DNA of 64,000 nt from an uncultured Erysipelotrichaceae bacterium (GTDB lineage: Bacteria > Bacillota_I > Bacilli_A > Erysipelotrichales > Erysipelotrichaceae): NCBI GenBank assembly GCA_942493105.1, contig OW818668.1:894106-958105 (forward strand), read 5' to 3'. Of this stretch, positions 41,375-52,034 are shown piece after piece. Under the pieces are notes generated by a model, which was not told where the DNA came from, did not search any database, and worked only from the letters and a program-made list of their open reading frames with translations. The stretch's first letter is position 1. Each line of letters opens with the position of its first letter. Made by a program: the position numbers and the translations under genes.

Positions 41375-42688
41375 GTGAGAAAGGAACTCAAACTCATTAT
41401 GTTAAAAGGATCAAGTAAGAAAGTAAACATCACTCCCCCAATCGGTTTAAGAATGGCGGGCTATGGCGCAAGAAAACATGCTAATGAAGGCATCTTAAAT
41501 CAACTGTATGCGAATATTTTGGTTTTAGATGATGAAAACACAAAGGTTGCTTTTGTGACCTTAGATTTGATTGGAGTCGATAAAGCATTGGCTCATGAAG
41601 TAAGAACGATCGTCAGTGAAAAAACAGATATTCCATATCATTCGATCATGTTGGTTGGATCTCATACGCATTCAGGACCTGAAGCTGCTCGTTTTGGAGA
41701 CATGGGTAGATTATCACGTCGTATTGAACCAACACCAATTGATTCAGCTTATAATACCTTGCTTCCGCAATTGATAGCCAATGGGGTTGTTTGGGCCAAT
41801 GCGCACTTAGAACCTGTAACCTTCGGGGTTGTTCAAAGTCAGTTACAAGGCTTAGGAAGCAATCGAATCGATCCATCAAGATATGTTGATAATACAGTCA
41901 CCGTATTTAGATTTGATCGTTTAAATGCTGAACCCTTATGTATCATGACTCAATATACCTGTCATCCAACGGTTTTAAATGCTGACAGTTATCTATATTC
42001 CGGAGACTTTGTATCTTTCTACCAAGAAACGGTTGAGAAAGTATATCAAGGATCTGTTGCAATGTTTATTCAAGGTTGTGCAGGGGATGTCAGTACACGT
42101 CACAATCGCAAATTTATCAATGTCCCTGAAGTAACACGTATGGGCAGAATGTTGGCTGGCGAAGTCATTAAAGATGTCACTTGGATCGATACAGTGGCCG
42201 ATGTTAAGATAAGTGCTGCCATAGAACCTTTAAGATTGGATGTTCGTAAGTTTGCCTCTGATGAAGACTGTGAGTCTAGAATCAATGCTGCACAAGCAGA
42301 ATGTGATCGTTTAGTTGCTGAAAATGCACCTGAGCCTTTACAAAGAACAGCCTTTGTAAGCTTAGATGGAGCAAAACGCTATTTAGCCTTTAAGAAATCC
42401 ATCGATATCGATCATATTGATATTGAAATGCAAAGAATCAGTATTGGGGATTGGAACATCATCACAACGCCTGGTGAAACCTTTGGTGAAATCGGTCAAC
42501 GTATCCGTGAACTAGATCCTCATCGCAAGACTGTCGTTACAGGCTATTCAAATGGTTATGTCGGCTATATCCCAACCAAGGTCACTTATGAAGATCCGAT
42601 GGGTTATGAGATTGCCAGTGCCATCGTCGATGAGCATTCTGAAGACAATATGGTAGAAGCTGCCAAGAAACTGTTGGCCAGTAAATAA
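41375..42688 (+). CDS. neutral/alkaline ceramidase-like hydrolase (N-terminal domain family)
   Basis: MAGYG ... THTHSGP motif arrangement typical of the neutral ceramidase N-domain. Confidence 0.55.
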   Translation: MRKELKLIMLKGSSKKVNITPPIGLRMAGYGARKHANEGILNQLYANILVLDDENTKVAFVTLDLIGVDKALAHEVRTIVSEKTDIPYHSIMLVGSHTHSGPEAARFGDMGRLSRRIEPTPIDSAYNTLLPQLIANGVVWANAHLEPVTFGVVQSQLQGLGSNRIDPSRYVDNTVTVFRFDRLNAEPLCIMTQYTCHPTVLNADSYLYSGDFVSFYQETVEKVYQGSVAMFIQGCAGDVSTRHNRKFINVPEVTRMGRMLAGEVIKDVTWIDTVADVKISAAIEPLRLDVRKFASDEDCESRINAAQAECDRLVAENAPEPLQRTAFVSLDGAKRYLAFKKSIDIDHIDIEMQRISIGDWNIITTPGETFGEIGQRIRELDPHRKTVVTGYSNGYVGYIPTKVTYEDPMGYEIASAIVDEHSEDNMVEAAKKLLASK

Positions 42689-42736
42689 CTAAAAAAAGTG
42701 TTCACCTTAGAAGCGAACACTTTTATTTACATGAGA

Positions 42737-43975
42737 TTAACCGTGTTTGATTGGTTTAGGTAATTTAGGTAGGATGAGTGACATCAATGAAGCATATAGA
42801 GACATGACTGCGGCAACTGAGAAGACCACATTCCAACCATAAGTATTGGCCAAATAAGCACCTAAACCTCCGCCTAAGATGGCAGCAAATCCTTTTGAAC
42901 TATTAAGGAAACCATTGTTGGCAGCTGAGAAAGTAGAACCAAAAAGGTCAGCATTAAGCGAAGGGAATAAACTGAATAGTTGACCCCATGTAAACATGAC
43001 CAACATTAAAGCTAATACATAAAGAACCTCACCTTGCGCTCCAACGATCGGTAAGATAAACAAGAATATCGCATTGAGTCCAAAGGATATAAACATGGTT
43101 TTTGAACGACCTAAACGATCAGAGACCCAACCCCAAAATACACGTCCTATCCCATTGGCAAGACTGGTCATCATGACCGCCAAGACGATGGTTGCGGGTG
43201 AAATCAGCAAACTTTTCCCAAATGCTTTTGAGTTTGCGGTAATGATCAAACCACCGACGTTGACCGCAAAAGCCATGGTCCATATGAGCCAAAAATGAGG
43301 AGTCCTCAACATCTGTAAAGGATTGAAACTAGGCTTGGCTTGTTTTTGATCCTTTTTCTCATCACCTTTTTTAACAACTGCATTCACAGGATTACGTAAG
43401 ATAAAAGCTGCAAAGATAATAACGATGGCTTGTAGTAATCCGATGATCCCAAAGGCATTGGTTACCCCACTGGTATAAATGATCTTATCGATCAAAGGTA
43501 CGAAAGGCATGGATCCTAATCCAAAAGCCCCCGCAATGATCCCTGTCGCCAATCCTCTTTTATCAGGAAACCATTTGATCGATATCCCAACACAACCACT
43601 GTAGATCACAGCTGCACCAACTCCAGACATTGAATAAAAGAAATATAGGGCTTGTAGCGTTGTCACTCGTCCCATCATGGCCCATCCGATACTGACCAAT
43701 AAACCTGATATCGTAAAGACCAATTTTGATCCGAAACGATCAAAAAGATAGCCTCCAGCAGGCTGTATAAAGGTCTGAAACATCACAAATAAGGTAAAGG
43801 CATATTGGATTGCCACAAGGTTAGAATCAAGTTTATCGACCAAAGGTGTGGTGAAAAGGGTCCACGAATACTGCAGATTTGAAATCATCATCATTGCTGC
43901 AGAAGCAACGATCAACTGTAGCCAACGATTGGTTAAGTTTCTTTCTAGCCAGGATTTGTTTGTGTTGTTTTCCAT
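42737..43975 (-). CDS. MFS transporter (oxalate/formate antiporter-like family)
   Basis: 12-TM MFS protein. ATG 43975 has a GGAGA RBS; the track ORF starts from an upstream alternative start. Confidence 0.7.
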   Translation of the reverse strand: MENNTNKSWLERNLTNRWLQLIVASAAMMMISNLQYSWTLFTTPLVDKLDSNLVAIQYAFTLFVMFQTFIQPAGGYLFDRFGSKLVFTISGLLVSIGWAMMGRVTTLQALYFFYSMSGVGAAVIYSGCVGISIKWFPDKRGLATGIIAGAFGLGSMPFVPLIDKIIYTSGVTNAFGIIGLLQAIVIIFAAFILRNPVNAVVKKGDEKKDQKQAKPSFNPLQMLRTPHFWLIWTMAFAVNVGGLIITANSKAFGKSLLISPATIVLAVMMTSLANGIGRVFWGWVSDRLGRSKTMFISFGLNAIFLFILPIVGAQGEVLYVLALMLVMFTWGQLFSLFPSLNADLFGSTFSAANNGFLNSSKGFAAILGGGLGAYLANTYGWNVVFSVAAVMSLYASLMSLILPKLPKPIKHG

Positions 43976-44206
43976 CTTAATGTCTCCAAGGGTTATGTTA
44001 TTCATATTGATATGTAAGCCTATAACGATAAAATTATACCTTATTATCAGTCCTAAAGAACATTTTTCAAGCTTATAAATTTATCCTGAATTATTTTACC
44101 ATATCTATACAAGATTGTATTGTAAAAACAATACAAGAGGTATAAAATATAGGTAATCGCAAATGCGACCATCACTTTAAAAAGTGAAAAGAAAGGGGAG
44201 AATAGA

Positions 44207-44980
44207 ATGATTGAAGGCTGGCAAATTTTTCTAATTACGCTATATGCTTTTATTCAGCCAACGGACCAAAGCTCATTTAATTTAGGTATGAGTATGCCTA
44301 TATTTGCGGGTTGGTTCACAGGTATGGTGTTAGGGAACCCAGAGACTGGTTTGTTTATTGGGGGATCGTTGACACTGATGACTTTGGGTGTTGCTACTTA
44401 TGGAGGAACCTCGATTCCTGATACAGTTGTCGGGGCTATCGTAGGGACATCATTGGCCTTGAATACGACACCTGAATTAGCGCTGTCTATCGCTATTCCA
44501 GTTGCCTTGTTCATGATTCAGTTGGATATCTTACGCAGATACGTTACGATTTATTATCAACACAGAGCTGATAAATATGTCGCTGAGAGAAAATATGACT
44601 TGGCGATGAGACAAAATATTTGGGGTATCTTCCCTAAAGCATTGTCTCGTGCTATTCCTGTTCTGTTGGTCTTGTGGTTAGGCCCACAGTTTATTGATCA
44701 AGTCATGGCGGCAGTTCCGGCCTGGTTGGTTAATGGACTTAAAGTTTCTGGCGGTATCATTCCTGTCGTCGGGATCGGGATCTTATTAAGTTACTTGCCT
44801 ACAGCTCAAAAATACATGTTCTTGGTTTTGGGCTTCTTGTTGGTTGCTTACTTGAAACTGCCAATGTTGGCTGTTGCAGGTATCGGTGTGGTCGTTGCTG
44901 GTGCTGACTACATGTATGCTGTACGTCTTGATCAAAAGTTAGGTGTCGCTAGAAATGTAGGAGGAGACGTCGATGAGTAA
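44207..44980 (+). CDS. PTS mannose/fructose/sorbose-family IIC
   Basis: Hydrophobic IIC-Man layout; operon with IID. Confidence 0.85.
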   Translation: MIEGWQIFLITLYAFIQPTDQSSFNLGMSMPIFAGWFTGMVLGNPETGLFIGGSLTLMTLGVATYGGTSIPDTVVGAIVGTSLALNTTPELALSIAIPVALFMIQLDILRRYVTIYYQHRADKYVAERKYDLAMRQNIWGIFPKALSRAIPVLLVLWLGPQFIDQVMAAVPAWLVNGLKVSGGIIPVVGIGILLSYLPTAQKYMFLVLGFLLVAYLKLPMLAVAGIGVVVAGADYMYAVRLDQKLGVARNVGGDVDE

Positions 44981-45770
44981 CTCAATTTTTACTAAAAGAG
45001 AACTAAGAATGATTAATATACGTCATATTTGGGGTCTGCAATTAGGCTGGAACTATGAACGTATGCAAGCATTGGGTTATTTATATGCAATTTATCCTGC
45101 TTTAAAGAAAATCTATAAGAATGATCCAGAAGCATTACAGAAATCATGCGAAACGCATTTACAATTCTATAATACAAATCCTTCAATGTCAGAAATCATC
45201 ATTGGGATGGATATTGCTATTGAAGAAAGAGAAGGCGCTAATTCAATCGATACAGTTGCTCCTTTGAAAGTTGCTTTGATGGGCCCATTCGCCGGTATCG
45301 GTGACACCATCTTTGCTTTGATCGCTGCGACTATTTTCGGTGCTATTGCTGGGAATATGGCTGTTGAAGGCAATCCAGCTGGGATGTGGATGTGGATCGC
45401 TTGGAACTTTGTTGTTATCTTCATTAGAACAAGATTGTTCGATTTAGGTTACAGCTCAGGTATTCGTATTGTTACTGATTTGAAAGATCAATTTGCTTAT
45501 ATCACCAATGCAGCATCCATTTTGGGTCTTGTCGTTGTTGGTGGTTTGATCCCTACCGTTGTTAAATTCAAGATTCCTTACGTATTCGTATCCGGTGAAG
45601 TCAAACTGTCTGTCCAAGACAACTTGGATAAAATCATGCCTTTCCTTCCTCAGGTCATCCTTATGGTTGGTGTCTATTGGTTGGTTAAACGCAAGATGAG
45701 TATCAGTAAACTGATCGGTATCGTTATGTTAGGTGCCATCGTATTGACTTACTTTAAAGTTATTGCTTAA
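44973..45770 (+). CDS. PTS mannose-family IID
   Basis: IID-Man hallmark N-terminus (RHIWGLQLGWNYERMQALG). Confidence 0.85.
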   Translation: MSNSIFTKRELRMINIRHIWGLQLGWNYERMQALGYLYAIYPALKKIYKNDPEALQKSCETHLQFYNTNPSMSEIIIGMDIAIEEREGANSIDTVAPLKVALMGPFAGIGDTIFALIAATIFGAIAGNMAVEGNPAGMWMWIAWNFVVIFIRTRLFDLGYSSGIRIVTDLKDQFAYITNAASILGLVVVGGLIPTVVKFKIPYVFVSGEVKLSVQDNLDKIMPFLPQVILMVGVYWLVKRKMSISKLIGIVMLGAIVLTYFKVIA

Positions 45771-45790
45771 TTGAAAGGAATGGTACCCCA

Positions 45791-46495
45791 TTGAAAGACA
45801 GATATTTTAAATTTATCGTTGATATGCTGACCAAAATGGAAGCAGATCAATCGGAGAATATCGCAAAGGCAGCTGAATTGATCGCAGATTCGATCATGAA
45901 AGGTGGAATCATCCAATCTTTCGGTAGTGGGCATTCATATGCCGCCGCCATAGAAGTTGCCAATCGTGCCGGTGGATTGTTTGCTGCCAAATTGATCAGA
46001 GACCCTGCGATGGGGCTTTATGAGTCATTAGAAGGAACTGGCGACATTCTGTTAAGAAAAGTCGAGATCCTGCCTGAAGACTGTGTCATTATCATTTCGA
46101 ATTCTGGTAGAAATCCACTGACCATTGAGATGGCCATGAAGATCAAAAAGATTGGTGCTAAACTGATCGTTGTGACTTCAACAGCTGCGTCGAAAAATTT
46201 GAAGTCTCGCCACAGCAGCGGTAAGCTCTTATATGAGTTTGCGGATGTGATTTTAGATAATCATTCTGTTGATGGAGATGCTGCTATTGAAGTTAAGGGA
46301 CTTGATGCTAAGGTATGTGGAACTTCCTCAATTGGTTCAGCCGCTTTGCTTCAAGCAACCATTTTAAGTGCCATAGAGCTGATGATTTCCAGAGGATTTA
46401 ATCCTCCGGTAAGAATCAGTGCGAATGTAGATGGTGGTACTGAACGCAGTCTCGAAATCGAAAAGAAGTATACTCATAGAATTAATCATCTATAA
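45791..46495 (+). CDS. SIS-domain sugar-phosphate isomerase-like protein
   Basis: SFGSGHS plus IIISNSGRNP SIS motifs. Confidence 0.6.
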   Translation: MKDRYFKFIVDMLTKMEADQSENIAKAAELIADSIMKGGIIQSFGSGHSYAAAIEVANRAGGLFAAKLIRDPAMGLYESLEGTGDILLRKVEILPEDCVIIISNSGRNPLTIEMAMKIKKIGAKLIVVTSTAASKNLKSRHSSGKLLYEFADVILDNHSVDGDAAIEVKGLDAKVCGTSSIGSAALLQATILSAIELMISRGFNPPVRISANVDGGTERSLEIEKKYTHRINHL

Positions 46496-46520
46496 GCAAA
46501 AATAGATCATATCTCCTAAA

Positions 46521-46577
46521 AGCACATAAGGTATCTCTGTATTCTCGATGTTGAGCTATGGAGCTACCTTATGTGCT
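46521..46577. repeat. 13-bp perfect inverted repeat (17/18 extended) with 31-nt spacer
   Basis: agcacataaggta ... taccttatgtgct, lying between the SIS and IIB genes. Confidence 0.6.
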
Positions 46578-46702
46578 AAAGGGAGAGTTTAGTTGGAGTT
46601 TCGCCTATTCAAAATGATGAACATTTGATAAATGATTTTGGGAAGTGTTAAAATGGGGTTAAGGTGAATTCTCAGTAACCCATAACCAATGAAGGAGAAA
46701 AA

Positions 46703-47188
46703 ATGCAAACAATAGTAAATATTAGAATTGATGAACGTCTAATTCATGGACAGGTAGCTTCAGCATGGACCAATACACTTAAAGCAAATCGTATCATGGT
46801 GGTCGATGATCTTGCAAGCCAAGATGAAATCCAAAAGGTTGCGCTTAAAATGGCTTGTCCTTCAAGTTGCAAACTGTCGATCTTGCCAATTGCACGTGCT
46901 GTAGAAAACTTATTGGCTCAGAAATATGATGGAGATCGTATCTTCATGGTATGTAAAGGTCCGGAAGTTTTGGTTAAAATACTGGAACTTGGTTTTAAAT
47001 TTGATGAAATCAATGTTGGAAATATGTCCAGTGCACCTGGAACAAAGCAAATCAAACGTTCGGTCAGTGTGTCTGTAGAGGATGTTGCTAATTTTAGAAA
47101 ATTGCAGAGCTTGGGCATTAAAATGCATGCGCAAATGGTACCAAGCGAAAGCGATATTGACTTTATGACACTCATCGATAAGATGTAA
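46703..47188 (+). CDS. PTS mannose-family IIB
   Basis: INIRIDERLIHGQV N-terminus carrying the phospho-His. Confidence 0.8.
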   Translation: MQTIVNIRIDERLIHGQVASAWTNTLKANRIMVVDDLASQDEIQKVALKMACPSSCKLSILPIARAVENLLAQKYDGDRIFMVCKGPEVLVKILELGFKFDEINVGNMSSAPGTKQIKRSVSVSVEDVANFRKLQSLGIKMHAQMVPSESDIDFMTLIDKM

Positions 47189-47268
47189 GAGTTTTATAAA
47201 CTAAATAAAATAATCATTATATCTTTTCAAAGCCATGATTCAGTTGTGGCTCTTTCCAAGGAGGAAAA

Positions 47269-48456
47269 GTGAAATACACCTTAAAATCGACTCAAATCAT
47301 GACTCCAAATGGATTTGTAGATGGCTATTTGACCATTGAAGATGGAAAAATAGTACGTTTATCCCCATTATGCAATGAACCTTTTGAGTCCGTAAAAGAT
47401 TTAGGAAATCAAAAGATCCTACCAGGAATCATTGACATACACAATCATGGATATGGAGGTTGGTCAATGACAGATCCTGCTACCATCAATGATGTTAAAG
47501 GTTATTTAAAGGCTTTGGTATCAATTGGGGTCACAGGTATCTTACCGACAGCCCGTGAAGAAGCTTTTGAAGCCATTGCCGATACGATGGATTTTGAGAA
47601 TGATGGTGCCAGAATCTTTGGGATCCATAGTGAAGGACCTTTCTGGGCTCGTGGTGGAGAGAATTCTGTTGATGAACATTATCCCTTACCCAGCATAGAA
47701 GAGACGCACCGCTACTTAACAAAAGCTAAAAACAAAATTGTATTGATGGCCATAGCTCCAGAACTTCCAAAAGCCTATGACGTCATTTCTTACTTACACG
47801 ATCAACATGTGTTGGTTTCTTTGTGTCATACTGCAGCTTATGCAAAAGATATTTATCAAGCCATTAATGAAGTTGGGATCGATTTGGTGACCCATACTGG
47901 AAACGGAATGCGCGGTATTCATCACAGAGATGTCGGTGTTTTAGGGGCTGCTCTATTATCAGAAGGTTTGACTTATGAAATCATTACCGATTTGAATCAT
48001 ATCTGTGCAGATATGTTGAAGATCATGTTTAAACTGCAGCCTTATGAAAAATTCGTGCTCATATCAGATTCTAATTATATGGCAGGTTTACCTACAGGAC
48101 GCTATATGCGTTATGGCAGAGCCATGAATTCGTATGAGACAGGTTTGATCAAAGATGATCATGGAAGAATCATGGGCAGCGGTAAATATGTCTTATTCAA
48201 CATGAAACAATTGGTTGAAAAAGTAGGTGTCAACATCATCGAAGTCTCAAAGATGGCTTCATTGAATCCAGCCCGTTTCTTAAAAATAGATTCATTTACT
48301 GGATCTCTTGAAGTCGGCAAAGATGCAGACTTTATGGTCATCAATGATGCCTTTGAATGTCAATTGACCTACGTCAAAGGAAAACTTATGTTTGATTTTG
48401 AGACAGACAAAGCTTTCTTGAACCTTGAAGCTTTAAACCGCAGGATATCTGATTAA
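47269..48456 (+). CDS. N-acetylhexosamine-6-phosphate deacetylase-like amidohydrolase (NagA/AgaA family)
   Basis: GIIDIHNHGYGG metal-binding motif. Confidence 0.7.
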   Translation: MKYTLKSTQIMTPNGFVDGYLTIEDGKIVRLSPLCNEPFESVKDLGNQKILPGIIDIHNHGYGGWSMTDPATINDVKGYLKALVSIGVTGILPTAREEAFEAIADTMDFENDGARIFGIHSEGPFWARGGENSVDEHYPLPSIEETHRYLTKAKNKIVLMAIAPELPKAYDVISYLHDQHVLVSLCHTAAYAKDIYQAINEVGIDLVTHTGNGMRGIHHRDVGVLGAALLSEGLTYEIITDLNHICADMLKIMFKLQPYEKFVLISDSNYMAGLPTGRYMRYGRAMNSYETGLIKDDHGRIMGSGKYVLFNMKQLVEKVGVNIIEVSKMASLNPARFLKIDSFTGSLEVGKDADFMVINDAFECQLTYVKGKLMFDFETDKAFLNLEALNRRISD

Positions 48457-48523
48457 CTTGAGTTGGTGACTTTGTTAAATAGATAAAGAAGTAGCATAAC
48501 CAACCAAGAACAGGAACCCATGA

Positions 48524-49342
48524 ATGAATGACATTAGATTAGTAATGTGTGATCTTGACGACACACTTAAAAGTAAAGACGGTGGTCTTAGTGATTTTAC
48601 AAAAAGAGCGATTGTTGCCTTAAGAAACAAAGGCATCTTTTTTGGGATCGCAACCGGTAGATCATCAAACTCGGTCAGACGTACTCTAAAAGAAATCCAT
48701 CTTTTAGAGTTATGTGATGTGATCATAACGATGAACGGTGCCCAGGAATATGATATGAAGTTTGATCGAAAACATAGTTTTTATCCACTAGATAAAAAGA
48801 CATTGATTGACTTAGGCAAGATCTTAGAACCGCTAGATTTGAACTATTGTTTGTATGACAATGATTATCAATATGCAAAACGGGATGATCATGCGATCCA
48901 AAGAATCGGTAGGAATAATCTTTCGACTCCAACTTTCTATGAATTAAAAGATTTACCTGACATTCTTTATTCAAAAATAATGTTTCTTGCACCATCAGAA
49001 AAAAAAGAAACTGCCATGGCTTTATTCAATCAACATAAACCAGCTCATGTGCGCGGCTTCTTCTCTGATCCAGACTTAATTGAGATTGTGGATAGTAGGG
49101 TATCAAAATCTTATGCGATAGAACAATTTTGTATTCAACATGGATTTACAATTGCCAATGTAATGGCTTTTGGCGATCATAATAATGACATAGAAATGTT
49201 AAAAGATTGTGGTATCGGTGTTTGTGTAAGCAATGGTAATCCAGAAGCCAAAGCAGCTGCGGATTATATAGCGTTATCTTGTGAGGAAAATGGGGTAGCC
49301 CACTTCCTAAATGATTATTTAAAGCTTGAGCTTACTCATTAA
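48524..49342 (+). CDS. Cof-type HAD-IIB phosphatase
   Basis: VMCDLDDTL plus a C-terminal GDHNNDIEM motif. Confidence 0.8.
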   Translation: MNDIRLVMCDLDDTLKSKDGGLSDFTKRAIVALRNKGIFFGIATGRSSNSVRRTLKEIHLLELCDVIITMNGAQEYDMKFDRKHSFYPLDKKTLIDLGKILEPLDLNYCLYDNDYQYAKRDDHAIQRIGRNNLSTPTFYELKDLPDILYSKIMFLAPSEKKETAMALFNQHKPAHVRGFFSDPDLIEIVDSRVSKSYAIEQFCIQHGFTIANVMAFGDHNNDIEMLKDCGIGVCVSNGNPEAKAAADYIALSCEENGVAHFLNDYLKLELTH

Positions 49343-50051
49343 GATTTCTGATCAATGACAGTTTAACTCGATCTGTTCTGTGATAACTGAATGAGATCTC
49401 AAACGCAATATGATCAGTATCCATGATGATCATGGTGGATCTTAATAAAGGAAAACCCACCTGAACTTCTAATTCTTTAGCTAATTCTTCATCCGCAACG
49501 ACCGCATCTAAATCTTGTTTTGCTTCCTTAGGATTTATGCCTAAAGTCTTGATGTAAGTAAACATAGAGCCTTCGGCAATCTTATAAGTAATGGGTGTGA
49601 CTAACTTGCTGACCCAAAAAGATTCTTCAAAAATCAGTGGGAAACCATTGGTATAACGGACTCGTTTGATCTGCCACACCTTATCGCTGAAGTCGATGTT
49701 GAGCACTTTCGCAATATAGACTGAAGGCTCTATGAGTTGGACTAAGATGACTCTGGTTGAAGGTTGTTCATTCCTCAGTAAAGATGCTTTTGTAAAACTA
49801 ACCACTTCATTAAGTTTCTTATCTACGATCTGGTTGCTTATGATGGTACTTCTGCCTTGAGATTTTGTGATGATCCTAGATAAAACCAATTCACTCAGTG
49901 CTTTACGTACGGTTATTCGAGATACATTATAAATCTCTGATAAGTCATTCTCAGAGGGCAATTGTTGATTAGGTTTGAGTCTTCCTGATTCGATGTCTGC
50001 AGTAATTCCGTTGATGACTTTCTGATACTTCTTGATTTTTCTTGTATCCAA
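49332..50051 (-). CDS. GntR/HutC-family transcriptional regulator
   Basis: wHTH (LSEIYNVSRITVRKAL) plus UTRA domain. Confidence 0.8.
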   Translation of the reverse strand: MDTRKIKKYQKVINGITADIESGRLKPNQQLPSENDLSEIYNVSRITVRKALSELVLSRIITKSQGRSTIISNQIVDKKLNEVVSFTKASLLRNEQPSTRVILVQLIEPSVYIAKVLNIDFSDKVWQIKRVRYTNGFPLIFEESFWVSKLVTPITYKIAEGSMFTYIKTLGINPKEAKQDLDAVVADEELAKELEVQVGFPLLRSTMIIMDTDHIAFEISFSYHRTDRVKLSLIRNLNE

Positions 50052-50214
50052 TAGTTAAGACCCCCTAACATGTATATTTTAACATAACAAGTACCACATA
50101 AAAGCAAACAAGATTAGATATTTAAGTGTATGAAGGACTTAAGTAATCATACAAGTGGAAACTTAGAAACAAAGGAAACTAGACCCTATTAGAGTCTAGG
50201 TGAAGGAGAAAGAA

Positions 50215-51225
50215 ATGAAAGTTAGAAGTGTGATCGTCCATGGTGTAAAAGATGTAAGTGTCGTAGAAGAAGATTTAAATATAGATGAGTTGAAACCAAC
50301 AGAGTGCCTTATCGAAAACACAGTATCTTTTATTAGTCCAGGCACGGAGCTTTCACGTGTCTTTGGTTTAAAAGTTGGGGCAACTTATCCGGTAAGACCT
50401 GGTTATTGTTCATTAGGCACAGTCATAAAAAAAGGGGATAAGATCAAGCATGTAGAAATTGGAGACAAGGTCATCCATTCTGGACATCATTCAAGTGTTT
50501 ATCTTTATGACCAAGCCAGCTCTGAAAGCGGAAACCTTTATAAAATGGACCCTCGTTTAAATGATCGCGAAGGGGCAGTCCTCAAAATGTGTTGGATCTC
50601 CATGAATGGCATCTTAAGTGTCGACGTGAAGATCTTTGATACGGTTGTCATCTTCGGTTTAGGGATCTTAGGTCAAGTTTTAGCACTGTTGTATAAACAG
50701 ATGGGTGTAAAAATCATCGTTGTCGATCCGGTTCAATCTCGTTGCGAACAAGCCAAAGATCTAGGATTAACAAACATCATCAATTGTCCTGTTGATGAAC
50801 AAATCAAAGCTGTGATGAATTTAACCAAAAACAAAGGGGCTAATATCGTAGTTGATGCGACAGGTATCAGTGCTGCCATTGACACCGCCATTCAATGTGC
50901 CGCGAAAAATGCTCAAGTGGTTTTACTGGGCTCACCGCGCGTTGATTATGTCACCAACATTACTCCAATGCTCAATGCGATCCATATGAAAAACATCAGA
51001 GTCATCGGGGCTTTAAATAGACTTTATCCTTTTGAAGAGAAAGAAGGATCCAGTTTAAGTGTCAAAAGAGGCTTAGATTATCTCTCTGAACTCATGATCA
51101 ATAAGACCATTGACGTAGAGAAATTTATCACCCATACGATCAAACCAGAAGACATCATGCAAGCCTATGAAGGCTTAATGAACAACAAAGAAGTGTATCG
51201 TGGTGTTATTATTAATTGGAAGTAG
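50215..51225 (+). CDS. zinc-dependent MDR alcohol/polyol dehydrogenase
   Basis: GTE...GH zinc ligands and a Rossmann GLGILG motif. ATG 50215 is preceded by GAAGGAG. Confidence 0.8.
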   Translation: MKVRSVIVHGVKDVSVVEEDLNIDELKPTECLIENTVSFISPGTELSRVFGLKVGATYPVRPGYCSLGTVIKKGDKIKHVEIGDKVIHSGHHSSVYLYDQASSESGNLYKMDPRLNDREGAVLKMCWISMNGILSVDVKIFDTVVIFGLGILGQVLALLYKQMGVKIIVVDPVQSRCEQAKDLGLTNIINCPVDEQIKAVMNLTKNKGANIVVDATGISAAIDTAIQCAAKNAQVVLLGSPRVDYVTNITPMLNAIHMKNIRVIGALNRLYPFEEKEGSSLSVKRGLDYLSELMINKTIDVEKFITHTIKPEDIMQAYEGLMNNKEVYRGVIINWK

Positions 51226-51264
51226 TTTGTTATATCACTGAAATGTCAAGAAAAGGAGACCATC

Positions 51265-51996
51265 ATGATAGATTCACATTGCCATGTCTTATTTGGAGTA
51301 GACGATGGCCCAAAAATAATTGAGGATTCAATCACGATGCTCAAAGATGCTGCTGCAGACGGCATAAAAAAAGTTATATGTACCAGTCATTGTGTACCTG
51401 GAATTAAATTTGAGAATGATTATGCCATATTGAAACCTGTTTATGATCAACTTGTAGAAGAATTGAAACATCAAAATATTGACATAGAACTCTATTTAGC
51501 CTGTGAGTTAATGGCAACCCCTTTATCCCTAGAATGGTTAAAGGAAAACAGGATTGCCTCCTATAATCAAACCAAATGGCTTTTAGTTGAGATCCCTTAT
51601 TTAAGCGATGTGCAGTTTGAAATAAATGTGGAAGATACTTTTAAAACTTTGCTTTCAATGGGCTATAAAATATTGATTGCCCATCCTGAACGCTACAAAC
51701 AGATTCAAAACGATTATAGTTTGATGGCCGTTTGGAGATCCATCGGGTGTAAGTTTCAAATCAACCGAACCAGTTTATTGGATACTGCCAGAGAAGTTGA
51801 AAGAAATCTGTCCTGGAAATTCATTGAGGATGATTATTGCGATGTCATCGCAACTGATGCGCATCGAACCAGTGTCAGAAACATCAAATTGAGTGATGCT
51901 TATGCGATGGTAGAAGCAAGATTTGGAAGTGAAAAAGCAAAGCGTTTGTTTAATGATAATCCACAACGTTTGATCGATGGACTCGATCTCTTATAA
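51265..51996 (+). CDS. PHP-family Mn-dependent protein-tyrosine phosphatase (CpsB/YwqE-like)
   Basis: MIDSHCHVLFGVDDGP N-terminus. Confidence 0.6.
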   Translation: MIDSHCHVLFGVDDGPKIIEDSITMLKDAAADGIKKVICTSHCVPGIKFENDYAILKPVYDQLVEELKHQNIDIELYLACELMATPLSLEWLKENRIASYNQTKWLLVEIPYLSDVQFEINVEDTFKTLLSMGYKILIAHPERYKQIQNDYSLMAVWRSIGCKFQINRTSLLDTAREVERNLSWKFIEDDYCDVIATDAHRTSVRNIKLSDAYAMVEARFGSEKAKRLFNDNPQRLIDGLDLL

Positions 51997-52034
51997 AACA
52001 TCTGACTTTTGAGTCAGAGAAAGCGAGGGTGTTT

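Noticed and set aside
39269-46706. Shared 14-15-mer ataaccaatgaagg(g/a)g at 39272 and 46683, both just upstream of gene starts
   Set aside because: Roughly several identical 14-mers are expected by chance in 64 kb of AT-rich sequence. The match merely covers an SD-like GAAGG. There is no further flanking similarity.
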